The position numbers and the translations under genes are program-made. Positions 37,229-46,903 of a stretch of DNA of 64,000 bases are shown here, one piece after another (positions within the stretch are counted from its first letter, which is position 1; each line of letters opens with the position of its first letter). Source of the stretch: an uncultured Bacteroidales bacterium (GTDB lineage Bacteria; Bacteroidota; Bacteroidia; Bacteroidales; UBA4417); assembly GCA_963802185.1 (NCBI GenBank), contig CAWDHU010000017.1:202612-266611 (forward strand). The letters run 5' to 3'. A model generated the notes under the pieces. That model saw only the letters and a program-made list of their open reading frames with translations. It made no database searches and was not told the DNA's origin.

Positions 37229-37655
37229 TAAGGTATTAGAATTTATATTTATTTGCGTTTTTATTATTCAATGGCAAAAAAACGCTTTTCTTTTGAGTAA
37301 ACAAAGAAAAAGTAAGGTCGCCCCTACTTTTTGTTTCTTCTTTAAGTCTTGAATTATTTAGTTTAGGAATCAATATAGAAGGCATTTCAGTTACATACAT
37401 TGCTCTACTAATCAGAGAATTGTGACAATTATAGGAATAATAAGGCAATATCATTTTTATTTGGAAGCCTAATTCATCTGTTATTAATTTATTAATTCAG
37501 TGCTTATTTTCAGCGGTATTAATGCTTGCTTCGCAGGTGTTCTTAAAAGGTCAGATGGAATTACTCACATCTTGTTTATTTAATAGGTGTTCGTGAGCTA
37601 AAGGTTTGCCATGATGACCATAATATCATCTTCAGTTGGTATTTTCCAATCATGG

Positions 37656-38240
37656 CTATTTCATATGCGCTTCAGCAAAATCGCGTCCAGCCTGCAAAGC
37701 GTCAAGATTCAGTTTTACGATATCGTCCCCTTTTTGTGCGAAAATAAGGCGGATAGCTTCCTGAATTTCTGTATAATCTATTTCCAGGAATGGAGTTGCC
37801 GCTCCAAGTATCACCATGTTGGCCGACCTGGTTGAACCAAGTTTCTTTGCAATATCATCAGCATCAAGCGCGATATGGTTATGAATACTTTCAATTTCCC
37901 CCATCAGCTTATCCATTTCAGGGTAATTGGTTATGTTAATAAAAGGTTTAATATTGGTTATGAGCCAACCCCTTGGCGACAGCAATGGCAAGTAACGCAG
38001 CGATTCCATTGGTTCTACAGAAATAATAAGGTCGGCCTGTCCATACGGGATAAGATCCGAGGCGATCTCATGGTCTGCAATTCTGAGGTTGGAGGATACA
38101 TCTCCCCCACGCTGGCTCATGCCATGAACCTCTGCCTGTTTGAGGTATAACCCACTATTCAGTGCCGCTGTTCCTATAGTAGTTGCTATTGAAAGAATTC
38201 CTTGTCCACCAACTCCTGCCAGAATTATATCTCGTTTCAT
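37656..38240 (-). CDS. iorB: indolepyruvate:ferredoxin oxidoreductase, beta subunit
   Basis: DIILAGVGGQGILS...EVHGMSQRGGDV is the pyruvate/ketoisovalerate oxidoreductase gamma-type domain. The gene lies directly downstream of iorA. Confidence 0.85.
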   Translation of the reverse strand: MKRDIILAGVGGQGILSIATTIGTAALNSGLYLKQAEVHGMSQRGGDVSSNLRIADHEIASDLIPYGQADLIISVEPMESLRYLPLLSPRGWLITNIKPFINITNYPEMDKLMGEIESIHNHIALDADDIAKKLGSTRSANMVILGAATPFLEIDYTEIQEAIRLIFAQKGDDIVKLNLDALQAGRDFAEAHMK

Positions 38241-38249
38241 AATCTTTTT

Positions 38250-39869
38250 TTAGATTGTTGCTGCTTCAGATTTCTTGTGTATTTTAATGTGACGAATTGC
38301 AGTCTGAATACATTCGCGACGAGGGATAATAACAGATACACCCTCATATTTGAGTTCTTGTTTTAAAATCGCAAGATTCTCTTCGTGATTTTTTGGCGAA
38401 GGATCGAGCACAATAATATGATCTTTCAACACTCCAACTCCCATGCAGATATCTTCTATACGGCCAAAGGCTGCGGAGTCCTGCCCACCAGTCATGGCAG
38501 TAGTTTCATTATCCAGGATCATAATGGTAATCTGACTCTTGTCCTTCACACAGTCAATTAATCCAGTAATTCCACTGTGTGTAAAAGTGCTGTCGCCGAT
38601 AACGGCAACCGCCGGAAGCAATCCTGCATCAGCCGCCCCTTTAGCCATGGTAATGGAAGCGCCCATATCAACGCAAGTGTTGATTGCATCAAAAGGGTCA
38701 AGAGCACCAAGGGTATAGCATCCAATATCCGAAAAGACCCTGCCCTTACTCCAGCTCACAAGCGCTTCATTGAGCGCATTGTATGAATAAATATGAGGGC
38801 AGCCTTTACAAAGTGAAGGAGGCCTGCTAACTACAACGGATGGAATCTCTTTCCCGCGAGTATCCTTTATACCTAATGCAACAGCTACAATATTGGGATT
38901 GAGTTCCCCAGCACGAGGAACTGTGCCATCCAAACGACCATGGATGGTTTTACCTTTATTCAATAACCCTTTAATAGATTCTTCTACAACAGGGTACCCT
39001 TCTTCAAGGATCAGGAGTTTTTCACATGATTTGTAAATATGCTCCACCATGTCAAGTGGAACAGGATACTGAGCAATTTTTAAAACGGGAAATGGAATAT
39101 GTCGGTCAGGGAAATTTTCGAGCAAGTAATTATATGCAATACCAGTGGTTATAATTCCCATACTTTTATCTTCACCATCATTGAAAACATTGAAGCCTGA
39201 TTCGGAAGAATATTTTTCAAAATCGGCCTGCTTGGATAAAAGTGTTTTATATTGCCTTCGGGCATTAGCCGGTAAAAGAATAAACTGTCTTGGATCAACA
39301 GGTAAACGGATTTCATTTTGCGGCCGTGTAGGTTTACGCATAACGCCAGCCCGAGAATGCGCAAGACGTGTTGTGATTCGCATCAAAACAGGCACACCAA
39401 GCTTTTCAGACATATCAAATCCATAATGAACCATATCGTAAGCATCCTGCTGATTGGTAGGCTCTAAAATTGGAAGCATGGCAAACTTGCCGTAGACTCG
39501 AGAGTCCTGTTCATTCTGGGATGAATGCATTGACGGATCATCTGCAGATACAACAATCAAGCCGCCATTAGCGCCTGTGATAGCCGAATTCATGAATGGA
39601 TCGGCAGCAACATTTAATCCGACGTGTTTCATACAAACCATAGCCCGCTTGCCTGCATACGACATACCAAGTGCTGCTTCCATAGCAGTTTTTTCATTAG
39701 TTGACCAACCAGCCCGGATTAGCCCGGATTTTGCTTCGCTGGAATGCATCACATATTCAGTAATTTCAGTCGAAGGCGTCCCCGGATAGGCATATATACC
39801 TGACATTCCGGCATCTATGGCAGCCCTTGCAATAGCTTCATCGCCAAGCAACATTAATTTTTGGTCCAT
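38250..39869 (-). CDS. iorA: indolepyruvate:ferredoxin oxidoreductase, alpha subunit
   Basis: LLGDEAIARAAIDAGMSGIYAYPGTPSTEI, the TPP motif VIGDSTFTHSGITGL, and the Cys motif LCKGCPH. Confidence 0.88.
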   Translation of the reverse strand: MDQKLMLLGDEAIARAAIDAGMSGIYAYPGTPSTEITEYVMHSSEAKSGLIRAGWSTNEKTAMEAALGMSYAGKRAMVCMKHVGLNVAADPFMNSAITGANGGLIVVSADDPSMHSSQNEQDSRVYGKFAMLPILEPTNQQDAYDMVHYGFDMSEKLGVPVLMRITTRLAHSRAGVMRKPTRPQNEIRLPVDPRQFILLPANARRQYKTLLSKQADFEKYSSESGFNVFNDGEDKSMGIITTGIAYNYLLENFPDRHIPFPVLKIAQYPVPLDMVEHIYKSCEKLLILEEGYPVVEESIKGLLNKGKTIHGRLDGTVPRAGELNPNIVAVALGIKDTRGKEIPSVVVSRPPSLCKGCPHIYSYNALNEALVSWSKGRVFSDIGCYTLGALDPFDAINTCVDMGASITMAKGAADAGLLPAVAVIGDSTFTHSGITGLIDCVKDKSQITIMILDNETTAMTGGQDSAAFGRIEDICMGVGVLKDHIIVLDPSPKNHEENLAILKQELKYEGVSVIIPRRECIQTAIRHIKIHKKSEAATI

Positions 39870-40033
39870 ATTGTGAATTCTTTAACAATATAAATATAGC
39901 GCAAACGTACACGAAATGAATTTGATTAACAAGTACTTTGTATAAAATTTTCAGTAATTCACTTAATTTTCTGATGAAAGAAATTATATAATATCGCGGC
40001 ACCTTTGAACACCTAGTTAATTCATCTGTTTGA

Positions 40034-40041
40034 TATCTTTG
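40034..40041 (+). promoter_or_regulatory. candidate -7 promoter element for acpH
   Basis: TATCTTTGcc, ~120 bp upstream of the start at 40162. Confidence 0.4.
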
Positions 40042-40161
40042 CCATTAATGAAACTCTAAAGTGAATACCGTTATTGGTTAATCAATAATTAAGCCTTCAT
40101 AAATTACACTTATTGATCGTACATGGAATTTCTTCTTCATCATTCTTAAAACACACTAATT

Positions 40162-40770
40162 TTGAACTATTTAGCACACCTCTTTCTTGCGGGCAATGAT
40201 CCCGAAATGATTCTTGGCAACTTTATTGCCGATCATGTGAAAGGAAGTGATGTTTTAAAATATCCTGAAAAGGTACGCAATGGCATTTCGATGCATCGTG
40301 CCATTGACACTTTTACTGATCAGCACCTTGTAGTTAAACAAAGTATTGTCAGATTGAGGGCCGATTTCCGAAAATATGCGGGAGTAATTGTTGATATGTA
40401 CTACGACCATTTTCTTTCTGCCAATTGGGATGAATACTCACACCAGGACCTTATTCAATTTACAAAAACAAGATATGATATCCTGAACACTTTCCAAAAG
40501 ATACTTCCGGCACGCTCAGCCAGGCTTCTGTTTTATATGGAAAAACAGAACTGGTTACTTTCGTATGGCAACTTTGATGGAATGCAGCAGGCTTTCAACG
40601 GGATGTCGCGCCGGACTACTTTTGAATCGAAAATGGAGCTGGCTGTAGTAAACCTAAGAGCAGGATATCCGGAATTCAGGCAAGAGTTCAGGCAGTTTTT
40701 CCCTGAATTACAATCGTATGTGAATACTAATTTTGAGACTACACCAGCTTTTAGTAAGGTTCAGTCTTAA
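40162..40770 (+). CDS. acpH: acyl carrier protein phosphodiesterase
   Basis: (M)NYLAHLFLAG...GNFIADHVKG...HRAIDTFTDQH matches the AcpH N-terminal signature. TTG start. Confidence 0.8.
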   Translation: MNYLAHLFLAGNDPEMILGNFIADHVKGSDVLKYPEKVRNGISMHRAIDTFTDQHLVVKQSIVRLRADFRKYAGVIVDMYYDHFLSANWDEYSHQDLIQFTKTRYDILNTFQKILPARSARLLFYMEKQNWLLSYGNFDGMQQAFNGMSRRTTFESKMELAVVNLRAGYPEFRQEFRQFFPELQSYVNTNFETTPAFSKVQS

Positions 40771-40845
40771 TAAGTGTGTCAGCTTTTTCAGGCACTTAAG
40801 TATAAAAAGTTGTTTTTTTTCAGTGAGTCCTTGCACTCCGGATAG

Positions 40846-43800
40846 CTAATTACTTTTTCCCGTAACAACATAAGTTGTAATAAAGCTATCGACCCAGCCG
40901 CTTTGCCTGATTAAAGCATTGAAATTCCTGGCTTTTTCGATACTCGTGAAAGTATCAGCAGTATACCTGTACAGGCCATCCTCACCTTGGTTTTCACTAA
41001 TCTTTAATCCAGGTATTCTGGAGAGCAGCAGTGCAAAATAATTGTTGATATTTATTGGCTTGCTTACAGCTAACAACTGTACTTTATATATAGTATCACT
41101 GGTGAATTGGGCCATTTTTTCGCTTTCGACCAGGATAACATTTCCATGATGAAGCGCATTGTATGGCAAAGCGATTTCCTGGCTTTTTTTGCTGAGACTC
41201 TTTTCAGAATCAGCGGGGCCTTCTATGTTGATTCCAGGTTCCTTTATTTTCTGATCTGAAACAGTCAACTGTTTTAAAGGAACATCATTATCTTGCTCTA
41301 TTCCCTGGTTTGTAAGTTTCTTCCGGAACGCTGATTCTGTTCGTCTTTCCCCTGCATATTTGGCGACAAAACTATCTTTCCAGCCACTTTTTTTGATCAT
41401 TTTCTGGTATTTAGCGGCTTCAGAAATTCCTGTAAAGGTCTTAGTGCTGTAGTGATACAATCCGTCTTCACCTAATGTTTCCTCAATGGTTAAGCCCGGA
41501 ACATCAGCGATCAAATTGGCAAAATATTTTTGGTCGTTTAACGGTCTTTTCACAGCTAATAACTGTACTTTAAACAATGTATCTTCTGCCGGAAATTCAG
41601 GGGTAGTCTTATTTATTAAATTCGGTTGGTCAATACGATGCAGAGGTGAAGGCTGGACAATTTTTTCTGAATCCCGGACTAATATTTTCATTTCCTTTTC
41701 ATGCCTTACAGAGTCTTGATTCAACAATAAACTGACAGTATCAGCGGGATATGCGATTTCACCTAAATCTTCAATTTTAATATTTTTATCCTCCGGCATT
41801 ACCTCAGGTTTTGTTTTCACTGGCTGGGTTAAAGTATAAACCAACTGAATTATCTTTTCAATTTCCAGCGGTACCATTTCTGTATTCTCTTTCAATTCTT
41901 CGGTTTTTTCTTTAACTAATCCTATATTGTCATTATTTAATGCCGAACCGATTATTAGTTCCTCATCACTATTCTGACTTTGTAATAGTTCGTTATTTAC
42001 ATCCCGCAGAATAAAATCAAGACCTCCCACTATATCACCCTGCTCCTTTGTTTTAATGGTGAATGGCAGTTCAGAGTGATCTGCCCTGAGTCCAAGGTTA
42101 TTTAACTGAACGGAATCAACACGTGCTATATATTCGCCTGGTTCAAGGCCGAGAAAATAAATATATCCATCCGATTCCGACAGGGTTTCGGCAACCACTT
42201 TATTGCTCTTTGCATCGTAAAAACTGATTGTAATCCGCCCAAGCCCCTTCAACTTTTTATCCCTACCCAAATAAACCATCCCGCTGGCTTCACCTACCGG
42301 AATAATAGGAACATCAACCCGCTTAAACTGGTTTGGATCAATTAAAACCTGGTAAATCTTTTTGGGAAAACGCCAGGCAATATTCTGAAGGTCGTTATCC
42401 TTAAACTCCAGCATATAGTTTGTAAATGCATTCAGATCATTTATCCTGATAATTGAATCCTTTTCACTGAATATTGCCTTGCCGCCCCTTGTCTTAACAG
42501 AGTTTAACATAACCATATGTTCTCCTTTGTCGAAAACGCCATTGTGGTTCAAATCTAGGTAAGGGTACAATAAGATACCACCTTTACTTACGGATGAATT
42601 GTTGCTTACATACGTATAGTTATCGCCACCAAAGGCCAGGCTGCCTTGAGCACTCTGGGAAGTAGTAACTTTATTTTTACTTTGCGAAGCCGAAATATTG
42701 GTCCGGGCAAAAGGCAGATCGTACTTAAAACTTACATTGATAAAATGGTCGTTAAACGAAAAATTTCTTTCGTATGAAACTGAAAGATATCCTTTTGGAA
42801 TTCTTTTTTCAATCTCTGCTTTGCAACTCATAAAATCTCCCTCATTTACATTAAAGCGAGCAGATGGGCGTATGACAAAACCCTTTTGCATCCTATACGA
42901 TAATGCCATATCAAGAGTGATATATGGATTACGCTGGTCTATCCAGTTAATCTGTGCCGATGCATTTGTACTAAATTGTTTGTAATAAGTAGAAAACATC
43001 AGGTTAGCCAAGTTATACTTAAACTCGCTATATTCAAGTTGCGTGTAATCCATTTTTAAAAACCCATTCACTTTTTTGTATCGCACCGGAAACGAAAGTT
43101 TTACTTTCCTTTCAACATTTGCATTGTAACGGGTAGCGAGTTGTCCTTCTACATACTTCGTATAGTTGATTTCCAGTAACACATCTTTCCTGAAATAATA
43201 ATTCAACATCCCTCCTGCCCTGACACCATAAGCATATTCGCCATTTAAAGTCAGTTTACTGAAGGGCTGTATAGTAGCTTTTACATATGGAATAAAAGGT
43301 CCATTCGAAATGGATGAGAGATATTCCAAACCTCCACCAACTGTTAACATCCTGTTTACACCATAATTTAATTCACCTTTCCCGAAGCGGCTATAGCTAC
43401 TATCCTGAACTACACCGGCAGATATACTATACTCGAACTCCTTAGCAGGCATAACTGTGTAAGGTACATTCATTGTACGTTCTTCTACACGTTCTTCACC
43501 CATCGGACCATAAAATTTTAGTTTCAGAGTAGTATAACCGTAAACGATTGGAACTTTAAAGGTATAGGCCCCTGAGGCATCAGCTTGTGTATAATTTACT
43601 AATACATCATTAATATATAGTTCCACTGTCCAGTTAGGTTCTGTAACTTCACTTATTGTATAATAACCTGAAGCTTTTCGTACCGTAGTCGGCGAATTAC
43701 GTATAACAGCACCAATTACCTGGTTATTAATAAACGAAATAGCAGGGATAGATACCTTACCAACCTGGGCTTGTTTTATAAATTTATTTTCGTTATCCAC

Positions 43801-44631
43801 CCAACGCCAGATGTAGAGCAACTGTCTGCTATCAAACTTATATTGATTATAATAATTAATGGAAACATCGGCTTCACCATACAAGAGTTCAGTGCCAAGA
43901 GCAATCCCGTAATGATTATCTGTCGATTTATTCCATGTTTGTGAAGTAGCTAGCATCCAGTCCAAAGTCCCAAACTTAAACAAGTGGTAGTTTCGTTGCA
44001 AAATTGTATCGGCAAATTCATTCCCTTGAACTTTTGCCATGTTACTCCGCATTTGATCGATACGCATCTGTTTTATCACAGGCAGTTCAAAACTGGATTT
44101 TAATGTAATAGTCATCGACCGGTAATTGAAAGCTAACGTCATTCCAAATGCTTCGGTAACAAGAGATGATTCAATATAATAGGAGCCCGACTCTTTAATC
44201 AGTCCGTTGGGCCTGTTAAATGTGTTATTGCCAATCTTCAGTTGCCCGATTGTATAATCAATAGTATAAATCTTGCTTTCATTCTCAATAAATCCGTTAA
44301 TCCGATTACCGACTGGGTTAACTGTACATGCAATGTTAAGTGTCCTGAATAAATCCTCAATATTAACATAAAGCAATTTATTATGGGTGTAAATAGCATC
44401 CAGGTAAAACATTTTATATCCTTGGACCACAACATGAACCGGGATTTCATCATAAGCGACAGGATATGCGTCATTGCCTCCATCATATATTTCACCAGCC
44501 CGGGCCTGGTTTACTGATAAAGCAAAAAGCAACAGCAAAGCAACGAAAACCTTAAATATAAAAAGCAATATACGTTGTACAATTACTATACAGTAATCCA
44601 TAACTCTACCGATGTAATTGTTTTTAGTCAT
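40846..44631 (-). CDS. usher-like outer-membrane assembly protein fused to a low-complexity linker and two C-terminal SPOR-like (peptidoglycan-binding) domains
   Basis: Signal/anchor, then ~800 aa of strand-rich sequence. A plug-like segment NWTVELYINDVLVNYTQADASGAYTFKVPIVYGYTTLKLKFYGPMGEERVEE follows the fimbrial-usher pattern (V.V..NG....T.V..G.F.I.......G.L.V.V....G). A usher-CTD-like segment reads GEASGMVYL...SESDGYIYFLGLEPGEYIARV. Two repeats, FKVQLLAV...GEDGLYHYSTKTFTGISEAAKYQKMIKKSGWKDSFV (~41355-41580) and YKVQLLAV...GEDGLYRYTADTFTSIEKARNFNALIRQSGWVDSFI (~40860-41095), fit the SPOR pattern. The start is 2 nt from the upstream stop. Confidence 0.6.
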   Translation of the reverse strand: MTKNNYIGRVMDYCIVIVQRILLFIFKVFVALLLLFALSVNQARAGEIYDGGNDAYPVAYDEIPVHVVVQGYKMFYLDAIYTHNKLLYVNIEDLFRTLNIACTVNPVGNRINGFIENESKIYTIDYTIGQLKIGNNTFNRPNGLIKESGSYYIESSLVTEAFGMTLAFNYRSMTITLKSSFELPVIKQMRIDQMRSNMAKVQGNEFADTILQRNYHLFKFGTLDWMLATSQTWNKSTDNHYGIALGTELLYGEADVSINYYNQYKFDSRQLLYIWRWVDNENKFIKQAQVGKVSIPAISFINNQVIGAVIRNSPTTVRKASGYYTISEVTEPNWTVELYINDVLVNYTQADASGAYTFKVPIVYGYTTLKLKFYGPMGEERVEERTMNVPYTVMPAKEFEYSISAGVVQDSSYSRFGKGELNYGVNRMLTVGGGLEYLSSISNGPFIPYVKATIQPFSKLTLNGEYAYGVRAGGMLNYYFRKDVLLEINYTKYVEGQLATRYNANVERKVKLSFPVRYKKVNGFLKMDYTQLEYSEFKYNLANLMFSTYYKQFSTNASAQINWIDQRNPYITLDMALSYRMQKGFVIRPSARFNVNEGDFMSCKAEIEKRIPKGYLSVSYERNFSFNDHFINVSFKYDLPFARTNISASQSKNKVTTSQSAQGSLAFGGDNYTYVSNNSSVSKGGILLYPYLDLNHNGVFDKGEHMVMLNSVKTRGGKAIFSEKDSIIRINDLNAFTNYMLEFKDNDLQNIAWRFPKKIYQVLIDPNQFKRVDVPIIPVGEASGMVYLGRDKKLKGLGRITISFYDAKSNKVVAETLSESDGYIYFLGLEPGEYIARVDSVQLNNLGLRADHSELPFTIKTKEQGDIVGGLDFILRDVNNELLQSQNSDEELIIGSALNNDNIGLVKEKTEELKENTEMVPLEIEKIIQLVYTLTQPVKTKPEVMPEDKNIKIEDLGEIAYPADTVSLLLNQDSVRHEKEMKILVRDSEKIVQPSPLHRIDQPNLINKTTPEFPAEDTLFKVQLLAVKRPLNDQKYFANLIADVPGLTIEETLGEDGLYHYSTKTFTGISEAAKYQKMIKKSGWKDSFVAKYAGERRTESAFRKKLTNQGIEQDNDVPLKQLTVSDQKIKEPGINIEGPADSEKSLSKKSQEIALPYNALHHGNVILVESEKMAQFTSDTIYKVQLLAVSKPININNYFALLLSRIPGLKISENQGEDGLYRYTADTFTSIEKARNFNALIRQSGWVDSFITTYVVTGKSN

Positions 44632-44633
44632 TC

Positions 44634-45149
44634 TTATTCCTGGTTAAAAGTAATGTCGAAACTTCCTGTATATATCCCCGGAATTGCATTTCCGGGAACA
44701 TTAAGAGTGCCACCCACACGCAATGGGGTAATAAAATTACAATCGTCATTTGTCGGAAAATTCGCATTATTTCCTCCCCTTTCGGAAGGACCAATGTCTA
44801 GCAAGAGTGTACCTCCATTACTGCCGTTTAAGATGGTTGAAAATGCAAAAGTTATCGTAACATTCCGACCCTGGCAAAGTTTTATTTCAAAAATTGCAGG
44901 CAGTGGACTATCGCCGGCAAGATATGTAATTCCTCCGGTTGATGTTCTGCTGCCATCCCATCCTACGGTAACAGTTCCACCTGACCCTGTCACGCAGAAA
45001 CTGCCGAAATTAATTGCCTGAGTAGGTGTTACGCTTAATGATCTCTGAGGTAGGACAGGCTGGGCATAAGAAAAGCTAACGTACGAAATTAAAATCGATG
45101 TTATTACCATCGCTTTTAATAATATTGTATGTATGCTAAATGCCTTCAT
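44634..45149 (-). CDS. DUF4402/SCPU-like secreted fibre subunit (minor or tip candidate)
   Basis: Type-I signal peptide (..SFSYAQP, no lipobox). INFGSF..., ...LRVGGTLNVPGNAIPGIYTGSFDITFNQE parallels the 166-aa paralogue and the spore-coat-protein-U / Csu-type subunit C-terminal pattern (G.Y.G.F.V.V.Y). Confidence 0.65.
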   Translation of the reverse strand: MKAFSIHTILLKAMVITSILISYVSFSYAQPVLPQRSLSVTPTQAINFGSFCVTGSGGTVTVGWDGSRTSTGGITYLAGDSPLPAIFEIKLCQGRNVTITFAFSTILNGSNGGTLLLDIGPSERGGNNANFPTNDDCNFITPLRVGGTLNVPGNAIPGIYTGSFDITFNQE

Positions 45150-45257
45150 TATTTTTCTTTTTATTAACTATTTTTCTTCTTTTTTTATTTCATTTTTTTC
45201 AGGCCGTTTATCATCGCTGTCAGCTCATGATCATTTTTAGCTGATGGTTTTTCTCGT

Positions 45258-46079
45258 TTAAAGAGTCAGTTCACGCTCTGTATATAAAACCGGTTTCTTT
45301 GGATTATCATTATTGATATAACTCACTTTCAGTTTTCCATTTTTAAAAACCATTCCAGTCTTTTGTTTCAACTTAACCACAACATTCCGCTTGCTAATAT
45401 TTGAAAGTACTCCTATATTCATAATTTTGCCAACCTGATACGAAGAGCCTCGCATATCAATATATTCAACTATTATATCACCATAAATTGAGATATCCCC
45501 TGTTCTATTGATTGAAACTTTGAGGTACGGCAGGGTATCGCTTTGGATTTCCAGATTTACATCACTCAGCGTAGCATTTACATTAACCTGGCCTGAGCGG
45601 ATAAGTATCGGAATACTTATTCCATAAATTGGTATTAATTGAACAGCTAATTTTGCTGTATCAATATTTTTCGTACCCAGCGGTTCGTAATTCTTTTCGG
45701 ACCGGAAGTACAGATGGGAACGATATTCGCCCGAAATCATATCAGACTTTCGCCGGCATTGAAGCATGATAATCTGCGGCTCACCAGGAGCAAGTGTTAC
45801 CTGGCGTGGAAATATCCGCAAGTAAGGATCGGCGAACATTTGACCTGAATCTGGCTGGTCGATTGTTTCGTAACTTCCATTTTCATTCATATTAAAATGA
45901 ACCAAAGAAACAGAATAAGTGGTTGTATCTTTGCCGATATTTACCAAATCCAATTCTTCAATTTGTTTGTTACCTTCAAACACAACCCGCTTTTGAGTGA
46001 TTAATAAATCGCCCTGAGCCATGGATTGAAAACTCATACTCAGCATGGGAATCAGCATGATAAAAAATATTCTTTTCAT
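45258..46079 (-). CDS. PapD-like periplasmic pilus chaperone candidate
   Basis: The likely start is the ATG at 46079, giving the signal peptide MKRIFFIMLIPMLSMSFQSMAQ. LITQKRVVFEGNKQIEELDLVNIGKDTTTYSVSL...PYLRIFPRQVTLAPGEPQIIMLQCRR...SGEYRSHLYF follows the chaperone N-domain pattern (tRvif...s..l.l.N.g......v.......f.v.PP...l.pg..q.vRi......E....l). A second beta-rich domain follows. Confidence 0.6.
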   Translation of the reverse strand: MKRIFFIMLIPMLSMSFQSMAQGDLLITQKRVVFEGNKQIEELDLVNIGKDTTTYSVSLVHFNMNENGSYETIDQPDSGQMFADPYLRIFPRQVTLAPGEPQIIMLQCRRKSDMISGEYRSHLYFRSEKNYEPLGTKNIDTAKLAVQLIPIYGISIPILIRSGQVNVNATLSDVNLEIQSDTLPYLKVSINRTGDISIYGDIIVEYIDMRGSSYQVGKIMNIGVLSNISKRNVVVKLKQKTGMVFKNGKLKVSYINNDNPKKPVLYTERELTL

Positions 46080-46141
46080 TGTTGAACTTTGTGTTGGATA
46101 CATTACAGAAATATACAATTTAGTTGCTATTTTAAGAATGG

Positions 46142-46168
46142 GGAAGGCCCTGATATGAAGGACCTTCC
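46142..46168 (-). terminator. intercistronic stem-loop just after the first subunit gene (possible partial terminator or mRNA stabiliser)
   Basis: The minus-strand RNA reads ggaaggucc-uucauauca-gggccuucc, a 9-bp stem with one G-U, 24 nt after the stop at 46192. There is no strong U-run. Confidence 0.4.
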
Positions 46169-46191
46169 GCCTTTCTTAGAATCCATATTAA

Positions 46192-46692
46192 TTAATAATT
46201 AACAGATACATCAAATGTCCCTGTATAAGTTCCGGCTACCTGATTTGCACCCACATTTAAGGTACCACCAACGGTAAAAGCATCTGCTCCGGCAGTAAGA
46301 GTACTGGAAAGTCCCCCATAAGAACAAGTCATAGCTGTAACTGTCATAGTTTGTGCAGTTGCATTAGTTATTGTAACAGCACTGGTTGGAATAGTGATAG
46401 AATATGCAGTAGTCCCTTCACCTGTAACTGCATATCCCCCTGCTGTAGGAGTACCACTTACAATTACCACACCACCAGTTTGACTCAGTGCACTTGCTGT
46501 TGTAAGAACAGCAGTTCCAGCTGTTGCCGACGCGGCCAATATACCGAAATCCATAATTGTGGGTGCTGTAATAGAAATTGGAATTTTAAGCTCAGCTTTT
46601 GCAGTATTGGACGCAGTTGATTGAGCCATAACTCTGTTTGTAAACCCTGCTATCATTACGATAGCTGCGATAATAATTAATGATTTTTTCAT
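46192..46692 (-). CDS. DUF4402/SCPU-like secreted fibre subunit (major-subunit candidate)
   Basis: Type-I signal peptide (..NRVMAQS, no Cys lipobox) and Ala/Thr/Gly-rich composition. AELKIPISITAPTIMDFGIL..., ...FTVGGTLNVGANQVAGTYTGTFDVSVNY matches my recollection of the DUF4402 consensus and the C-terminal pattern of SCPU/Csu subunits. Confidence 0.7.
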   Translation of the reverse strand: MKKSLIIIAAIVMIAGFTNRVMAQSTASNTAKAELKIPISITAPTIMDFGILAASATAGTAVLTTASALSQTGGVVIVSGTPTAGGYAVTGEGTTAYSITIPTSAVTITNATAQTMTVTAMTCSYGGLSSTLTAGADAFTVGGTLNVGANQVAGTYTGTFDVSVNY

Positions 46693-46903
46693 GATTTTTT
46701 TTGTTTTAAGTAATACTAGATTTGATTTTGTAATTGTTATTGTTTCGTGTTTTGCATATAAACAGTGTTTCCCATTACCTGGTAATAAAAAACAAAGCGG
46801 GTTGCTATGCGGCTTCCCTGGGTTCGTTTAGTCATGTCACTGTTTCCATTTTTTCAACTTTTTAAGGTTAGACTTCTTGTTTATTAGTATTTATTAGTTT
46901 TCG

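Noticed and set aside
40771-40845. Possible terminator between the convergent acpH and usher-like genes.
   Set aside because: Only a 6-bp stem (taagtg/cactta) is present, and the T-run is displaced ~20 nt. The evidence is insufficient to annotate it.
46761-46845. 8-bp inverted repeat aaacagtg / cactgttt, 70 nt apart, in the spacer between the giant gene and the first subunit gene.
   Set aside because: The stem is short with a long unstructured interior and no supporting internal pairing that I could find. This is too weak to call a regulatory structure.
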